From: a virus
Strand: one strand, 5' to 3'
Virus record (IMG/VR): IMGVR_UViG_3300050158_000056
Location: 1-64,000 of that record
DNA length: 64,000 nt
Both the position numbers and the translations under genes were made by a program. Positions 58,423-64,000 of the stretch are shown one piece after another; within the stretch, counting starts at the first letter, position 1, and each line of letters begins with the position of its first letter. The notes beneath the pieces were generated by a model that saw nothing but the letters and a program-made list of their open reading frames with translations, had not been told where the DNA came from and did not search any database.

Positions 58423-58451
58423 GTGATACTGAGGCATTGCCTCAGTATCAC
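58423..58451. terminator. hairpin between convergent genes
   Basis: GTGATACTGAGGCA-t-TGCCTCAGTATCAC. Confidence 0.75.
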
Positions 58452-58456
58452 AATAA

Positions 58457-58882
58457 TCATTTATCTTTCTCATTGTCGGAGATTTTTGAAATAAATGGTG
58501 TAGGAGGTTTTATCTTCTTTAGTAATTGGATAGCTCTCATCAGTTTAAGATGAGTAATAAATCCCCCACTAAATATACTAAACACATAGAACCATTTATA
58601 TATTATAGTAGATATCCACCAGTTTACAAATATAGTAATCCGCCTAGACATTTTAGCGAGTAATATAATCGACTTACTACTATCACTCAATGCAATAGTG
58701 AGCTCATCTATTTCAGGTACGGGGTATTTGTATTTAGGGACAGGTAGTAATTTATAAAATATAGATGTACTTCCCATAACACAAATGACTATAGGCCCTA
58801 TTGTTTCTAAATAACCCGATAACGATGGAAAGAAATACTCGATCCATCTGAAGACCGACAGTATTCCAAGTCCGGAATCCAT
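58457..58882 (-). CDS. membrane protein
   Basis: two hydrophobic segments, AAGGA RBS. Confidence 0.5.
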   Translation of the reverse strand: MDSGLGILSVFRWIEYFFPSLSGYLETIGPIVICVMGSTSIFYKLLPVPKYKYPVPEIDELTIALSDSSKSIILLAKMSRRITIFVNWWISTIIYKWFYVFSIFSGGFITHLKLMRAIQLLKKIKPPTPFISKISDNEKDK

Positions 58883-59054
58883 AACGAATATCCTTTTTAT
58901 TATATCTTACAATGGTTTAATAATCAATCTACCCTAAGATAAATAGAAATAGTTTATAATCACACCATTGTGCACAAAAAATATCATCAGTCAAGTATTA
59001 TTTATAGGTATAATTAGTAGAGGGAGGGTATTCCCCTCCCTCTATGGACTGCAT

Positions 59055-59195
59055 TTAAACAGTCTTCTTGGATTTCTTTTTCGTCACAATAAGTGTAGCG
59101 TCTGTGGGAATAGTGCTGTCCACCGCGCTAATATCATCTACGATACCGTCTGTAGCGGTGTCTTCGACTGCTGGATCACCGATATCGGTATCCAT
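59055..59195 (-). CDS. 46-aa acidic ORF, in-frame continuation of 59199-59651
   Basis: ...GAG TAA ACC ATG GAT ACC...; MDTDIGDPAVEDTATDGIVDDISAVDSTIPTDATLIVTKKKSKKTV. Confidence 0.45.
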   Translation of the reverse strand: MDTDIGDPAVEDTATDGIVDDISAVDSTIPTDATLIVTKKKSKKTV

Positions 59196-59198
59196 GGT

Positions 59199-59651
59199 TT
59201 ACTCAGGCTGAGAGTTATCTGTAATGGTATTTACCACTATGGATTCCGAGACTGAGTCGGTTGCATCAACAGTATCAGTAACCGTCTCAGTGAGTTCTGC
59301 CGCAGTAGACTCAGTCGGAGCGATAGCTACTTCATCAGCTGCTTCTACTACGACAGTACCGACTGGTTCCACAGGAGTTACCCCCGTTGGGACTGCAATT
59401 GGTTCTACGACTGGTGTGAGGGCTACTATCGGTTCCACCACGGTATCAGTCATTACGACTGATCCTACCTTGACCTTATACTCAACGCCGCGCCCCACCT
59501 CATTCACACGCTCTAGTGTGGCTACTTCATCATAAGCACCAGTATCATCTGTACAGATGTTTACATCGCGTGTGTATTCCTGAGTACCTTGAGTAAACGT
59601 CACAGTGACTTTACCAGTCCGCGTATTCACATCACCTAACTTAATATCCAT
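59199..59651 (-). CDS. hypothetical protein with acidic T/V/E-rich tail
   Basis: N-domain similar to 56151; VVEP repeats. Confidence 0.65.
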   Translation of the reverse strand: MDIKLGDVNTRTGKVTVTFTQGTQEYTRDVNICTDDTGAYDEVATLERVNEVGRGVEYKVKVGSVVMTDTVVEPIVALTPVVEPIAVPTGVTPVEPVGTVVVEAADEVAIAPTESTAAELTETVTDTVDATDSVSESIVVNTITDNSQPE

Positions 59652-59706
59652 GTCGATATCCTTTTAATAACAATCAAACTATAGTTAGATCGCGCCATAG
59701 ACATAC

Positions 59707-60117
59707 TCAGTGATACACTCGCATACACGGTATACCATGCTCCTTAAGAGCATCGATTATCTGTTCTCGATCATCTACAAACATATCTGGTTTGATAGTC
59801 TCTTGACTCCACCATTCCAGTTTAAGATCGTAATCATCACGAGTATCTCCAGCCGATCTCATTCTGACAGTGAGATCCAGTAGACCTACCATAGTGAGCC
59901 ACGCTAGTGTATCTTCTTTAACTATATCACTCCGCCCTGTCCATAGTTCTACTACGTTACCAGCACTGAGTAGACTACGGATCATTTCGACGACTGGATA
60001 ATGAGGGATATCCCACTTGCATGCTTTGAAGTAACTATCCCAATCACCATCTTCACGCAGGTGTTCTCTATGAGTAGTGTCAGCTAGAGTACCATCTAAA
60101 TCGAATACATAATACAT
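59707..60117 (-). CDS. HAD-family phosphatase (PNK 3'-phosphatase-like)
   Basis: FDLDGTLAD, WTGR, MR..GDTRDD..LK, FVDDR. Confidence 0.88.
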   Translation of the reverse strand: MYYVFDLDGTLADTTHREHLREDGDWDSYFKACKWDIPHYPVVEMIRSLLSAGNVVELWTGRSDIVKEDTLAWLTMVGLLDLTVRMRSAGDTRDDYDLKLEWWSQETIKPDMFVDDREQIIDALKEHGIPCMRVYH

Positions 60118-60138
60118 ATCTAAATCCTATCTAGGTAG

Positions 60139-60168
60139 TAGTAGAGGGTCTATATAGACCCTCTACTA
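60139..60168 (-). terminator. 30-bp perfect palindrome after uvsX
   Basis: TAGTAGAGGGTCTATATAGACCCTCTACTA. Confidence 0.65.
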
Positions 60169-60181
60169 TACATCCATCATA

Positions 60182-61627
60182 TTACTTTTTAGTAGTACTT
60201 ACTGACCAGAACTTAGGTTTGTAAGTACCATTTAAAATAGCTAGAATATCAGGCAGGGTCATGAAAGGACGATCCAGTCCTGCAGCTCCCTTATACGACC
60301 ACCAGCCTCTAGAACTCAATATATCATCGACTGCATAGCCAGACTTTTGAAGCTGCTCAGCAAATGCATCTATACCGATAGAATAATCTACAGGTTGACC
60401 CATAAGTGACCAATTGTTCTGAATGACAAAAAGCTGGTAAGTAAGCTCTAGAGCTCTTTCTACTTTGTAAGTCCGAGACAGATCGAAGATCTTAGTCCTA
60501 CCAATATCTAAGTTGTCGAGTAATGGGCTGCGCACTGATCTAGGATTACCTATCCCATAATACTTGTTATTGCGAAGATAGTTGTAATAGCTAAGGCCAG
60601 TCATGATACCGAACCGCTGTGATGATACCATCTGAGTCTGCGATCCTGATGGAGCATTCTTACACCGCACTAGCATCATAGATAGCTCTTGTAGCTCAGT
60701 ACCAGATACATGAGTATCTGATGGGTAATCAGTAATAGTGCGATCAGCTGCGCCCACGAGAGCCTTAGTGCTGGAGATTTTAAAGATCGATGACATCAGG
60801 AAGTTAAACTTAGGACCCATGGCCTTAGTCGTCTCATCCTGGTTCATGTACTGCATGTCTTTCTTGACCGGCTTACCGTCCATGGACTGCTTCCGACCCA
60901 AGTGACCTGTCATGATGCAGTAGATACCAGCCTTAGCACAGATACTAGGTAGCTGGCGCATAAGCCTAGCTTTGTTCCATCCCTCTTCCATGAAGATAGT
61001 ACGCATAGCACTCATTTCAGTACCAGCATTATGTTCTTCATTTTTGATATTGAGTTGGCGCACTAATGCTTCAGTCCAGCTATCGATACCTACAAATGTC
61101 GGGAGCATCATCCGATAGGGTTTACCAGTAGTCGGATCTAGGATCTCAGTCTCTACTTCCCAATCTTTAAACTGCTTGATCTTAGTATCTCGAAGCTGCT
61201 TCATGAAGTCAAACCAAGCATCCAGGTTCTCACCATGATCAGTGGTAGGATCAAATATCTTAATCCTTTTTTCTAGATCAGTGATATGCGCTTCACGCTT
61301 TTCTGGTTCATCGACATAAAGATTAGACATATTGGCCAGACGATTAGTATCGAGAGCCGCATACTCACTATCAAAGTCGTAATACTCTGACTCTGGGAAT
61401 CTAGCCATAGCGTTTACAGCTGTACCATGTAAACACGTCGACTTAAACTTATTGGCATCTGCGATAAATGCAGTGGTCATACCTAGACCACCAGACATAG
61501 CCCACGTACCAGTGGTAGTAGGTACAAACTTACCATTAGTGATATCTAACGGAGTCCCAGTATTAATATAAGGACGATAGGTGGCGCCATCGTCTTCCGA
61601 TAGACTCATGAGTGTACGAGCATTCAT
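60182..61627 (-). CDS. uvsX: UvsX/RecA-like recombinase (phiKZ-like)
   Basis: RPYINTG..DI..G, NKFKST, DSE, IDSW, TGH, RCKNAPSG, SQRFG; start uncertain (track 61684). Confidence 0.8.
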   Translation of the reverse strand: MNARTLMSLSEDDGATYRPYINTGTPLDITNGKFVPTTTGTWAMSGGLGMTTAFIADANKFKSTCLHGTAVNAMARFPESEYYDFDSEYAALDTNRLANMSNLYVDEPEKREAHITDLEKRIKIFDPTTDHGENLDAWFDFMKQLRDTKIKQFKDWEVETEILDPTTGKPYRMMLPTFVGIDSWTEALVRQLNIKNEEHNAGTEMSAMRTIFMEEGWNKARLMRQLPSICAKAGIYCIMTGHLGRKQSMDGKPVKKDMQYMNQDETTKAMGPKFNFLMSSIFKISSTKALVGAADRTITDYPSDTHVSGTELQELSMMLVRCKNAPSGSQTQMVSSQRFGIMTGLSYYNYLRNNKYYGIGNPRSVRSPLLDNLDIGRTKIFDLSRTYKVERALELTYQLFVIQNNWSLMGQPVDYSIGIDAFAEQLQKSGYAVDDILSSRGWWSYKGAAGLDRPFMTLPDILAILNGTYKPKFWSVSTTKK

Positions 61628-61791
61628 TATAGAGTACCTTTTGATAGCGTAATTATAGATAGATAGGTTAGTTAAATCATACAATCAAACCTTTTGTAAA
61701 AATAATAATTACTTACCTTTTTGGTATAAGATAACCACTATCCTAGATGATATGACCTCTATTGACATGATATTTGAAAGGATGTTTGACT

Positions 61792-63063
61792 ATGGTAGCC
61801 AACATCACGAACTACGTATCGTCTACTATAAATCGAGGAGATGTTTTATCTCCTACAGAGTTTTACTCTATAAACTCTATGATCCTAGGGATCTTAAAAG
61901 ATTATCGATACAGTAGTATAAAAGCTAACAATATAGCTTTGCAATCGCATAAGACTAATTACGATGATCCTCACAACACTATGGGTAGTCTATTTCCAGA
62001 TATCGTAAACAGGGTCTACAGCTTTTATAGTACTATGACAGATACCCCTATGAGTCTATATGACTTTAACACTACTGTAGTACCTTCTGTGTCCTTTTTA
62101 GAGCTATGTCATCGGATAGTCCTGAATAGATATCTATACAACAGTATAAAAAGTGGTAACACTACTCTCACTACTACATTTTTAAACATACCCAATGATG
62201 TGTTTCGTACTGATAATCCAGATACTGTTACTAAGGTCACATTTAGTAATAGCTTTAGTAATGAAGCTCAGTTTAATCAATATGGTATCGCCAGTACGAC
62301 CACTCCTCCTAATCTCATACAGACTGCTACTGATCTCAGTTTACCATCAGATAGGCTCAAACCTCTGTTCTCTACATCGGCTAGTAATCCATATTTCCCA
62401 GGACTCTCTCCTGAAAATGATTACACCATTAGTGTAGAAAGCAATGCTAAGTGGTATACAGTGCTTATGCAGGTAGTGTGGACTCCTCAGGTCAATACTG
62501 ATATATTCACCATCGGTACGATTGATGCTCTCCTCACCGTCTATATGACTAGTAAGCGAGCTATCAATGTCAAATATAACAACATCGTGTTGTTCACTAC
62601 TGATATACCTGTCGCTGATGGTAGAATTAGTATAGAGTTTTCTACTAGTGGATCACTGGCTGTAAAGACTGTGGTGAGCGGTATAGTGTACACATACGCA
62701 TTCAATCTACCGATTCCAGAATTGCTGACTACTGAGCAGGGCGAATATATCGTAACTGAAGATGGCTACTTTATACCCCTAGAAAATAACAGTGGTATAC
62801 ACTGGGATTGGTCATATGAGTCCAATAAACAGCTTCGTGTTAAACTAGGCCTAGAGAGTACAACGGCTAGAGGAACTTGGAATAACGTATCCATAACTAA
62901 CTCCAATGCTCTACGTGATAACAATGGAGAACCATTGTTATCTGAGAATGGATATGTACTAACTTCAGAAGGAATCACTGGCTACGACTTTGGTGTTGGA
63001 GCTTGTAGTCTAAGAGAGCTATCGTTGTATAAAGGTACAGCGACATACCCTTACGCTGCATGA
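61792..63063 (+). CDS. putative virion structural protein
   Basis: HKTNYDDPH, TEQGEYIVTEDG and LLSENG motifs; AAGGA RBS. Confidence 0.6.
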   Translation: MVANITNYVSSTINRGDVLSPTEFYSINSMILGILKDYRYSSIKANNIALQSHKTNYDDPHNTMGSLFPDIVNRVYSFYSTMTDTPMSLYDFNTTVVPSVSFLELCHRIVLNRYLYNSIKSGNTTLTTTFLNIPNDVFRTDNPDTVTKVTFSNSFSNEAQFNQYGIASTTTPPNLIQTATDLSLPSDRLKPLFSTSASNPYFPGLSPENDYTISVESNAKWYTVLMQVVWTPQVNTDIFTIGTIDALLTVYMTSKRAINVKYNNIVLFTTDIPVADGRISIEFSTSGSLAVKTVVSGIVYTYAFNLPIPELLTTEQGEYIVTEDGYFIPLENNSGIHWDWSYESNKQLRVKLGLESTTARGTWNNVSITNSNALRDNNGEPLLSENGYVLTSEGITGYDFGVGACSLRELSLYKGTATYPYAA

Positions 63064-63098
63064 GCCATGATAGTAAGAATAATTAAAGGAATATCATC

Positions 63099-64000
63099 AT
63101 GACCATAGACCCCAACGCCAATTACTATCAACCATCAATGGGTAGTATCACTGGGTTCGACAATCTAACGATCACACAGACTAATACTCCAGTACCAACA
63201 TTGGGTTGGTCAGTCGATCAACTAAGACAATTTCTACTCAATCCCGATGAACAGAACTTTCCATCCAGGGACTGGGTATTTAATGTCGATCAGGACATCT
63301 CTCATCACTTAGTTGACTTCAATAACCCTCACAATGTAACTATAGACCAACTCACAAATGATTTCATTAAGAACATCATGAGTAAGCTAGTGCCAGGTAC
63401 TCTACCGTCTGGTCCGGCCATAGTGTCTTATGATGCAGCATGCGAGATACCGTTGGAGACTACTGAATACATCACCGATGAATCGGGTGTGGTTATCACT
63501 ACTGAGAATGGTGAGAATATAGAGACAGGAAGTTCGTTTGTCGGCCTGTTCCCTGGATCAGCTATTTCTACAAATATGTATCGCCTCAATATCAGTGATC
63601 AGTTTGTCTATAGTCAGACAGCGTTCGATCACTCGATGGTCGATTACACTATCGGTAAAGCTGGTATCCCTCTATTTCCTAGTTATACAGCTGTGGCTCC
63701 TACCACGTGGGGTAGTGATACCACTACACGACTAAATACGTTATTGACTACTAGTGTAATTCCTACATCTCTACTAGCACCGTTTCCACTCTACGATGTT
63801 TTTGAAACATCTATGATCGGTGAGTTTGGACTCAATCTCCCTGTAACACAAGTAGCCGGTATGACGTATTATACATGCTTCTATATCGTACCTACAGATA
63901 ACACAGGTACACTGCGCATAAACCATCCTAATAATACTACAGACTTCGCATTGGTTTCATTATTAGATGGTTCAGTTATTAGATCATCGAGTAACGTACT
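63099..64000 (+). CDS. putative virion structural protein (partial, runs off right edge)
   Basis: not in track: MTIDPNANYYQP..HLVDFNNPHNVT..ITDESGVVITTENG; AAGGA RBS. Confidence 0.7.
   Translation, partial: MTIDPNANYYQPSMGSITGFDNLTITQTNTPVPTLGWSVDQLRQFLLNPDEQNFPSRDWVFNVDQDISHHLVDFNNPHNVTIDQLTNDFIKNIMSKLVPGTLPSGPAIVSYDAACEIPLETTEYITDESGVVITTENGENIETGSSFVGLFPGSAISTNMYRLNISDQFVYSQTAFDHSMVDYTIGKAGIPLFPSYTAVAPTTWGSDTTTRLNTLLTTSVIPTSLLAPFPLYDVFETSMIGEFGLNLPVTQVAGMTYYTCFYIVPTDNTGTLRINHPNNTTDFALVSLLDGSVIRSSSNV

Noticed and set aside
58968-59535. + strand ORFs of 95 and 103 aa
   Set aside because: Antisense shadows of the low-complexity minus-strand gene; the first crosses a terminator hairpin
48300-61800. 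Late-promoter TATG sites upstream of structural genes
   Set aside because: A 4-nt motif is too frequent in AT-rich DNA to call individually without start-site data
1-64000. CRISPR arrays, tRNA genes, stop-codon reassignment
   Set aside because: No regularly spaced repeats or cloverleaf with a T-loop seen by eye; core genes are intact under the standard code and end in all three stops. A tRNAscan or CRISPR scan was not run

Overview
AT-rich (roughly 38-40% GC by eye), densely coded segment of a phiKZ-like, nucleus-forming jumbo phage (Chimalliviridae-type). The host is probably a high-GC alphaproteobacterium, possibly a sphingomonad (inference). The minus strand carries the nucleus/non-virion RNA polymerase block in phiKZ order: chimallin-like shell protein, nvRNAP beta' N-half, gp59/Imp3-like, gp62-like, SbcD, gp66-like, ChmC-like, gp68-like, PicA/Imp1-like, gp70-like, nvRNAP beta C-half, nvRNAP beta' C-half and an SF2 helicase. 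Around it are virion genes, a GH19 endolysin with embedded spanins, UvsX, dCTP deaminase and an accessory region (BCS1-like AAA, RyR-domain, SLOG, MYG1, NYN, apparently inactive HNHs). Structure missed by the ORF track: (1) two related group I introns at nvRNAP catalytic motifs (23261-23625, ORF-less; 41552-43361, HNH gene in the P1 loop) and a hidden 54-aa exon completing the beta' subunit; (2) a free-standing HNH cassette that appears to have inserted into the 3' end of that gene, supplying a recoded C-terminus and leaving the old one stranded at 40218-40253; (3) a hairpin sequestering the RBS of the intron endonuclease; (4) a Gly1 class-3 mini-intein in the helicase Walker A motif; (5) nine copies of a bipartite early promoter, TCA-N14-CTATATTAC. 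Family assignments are from motif recognition and synteny only; no database searches were run.
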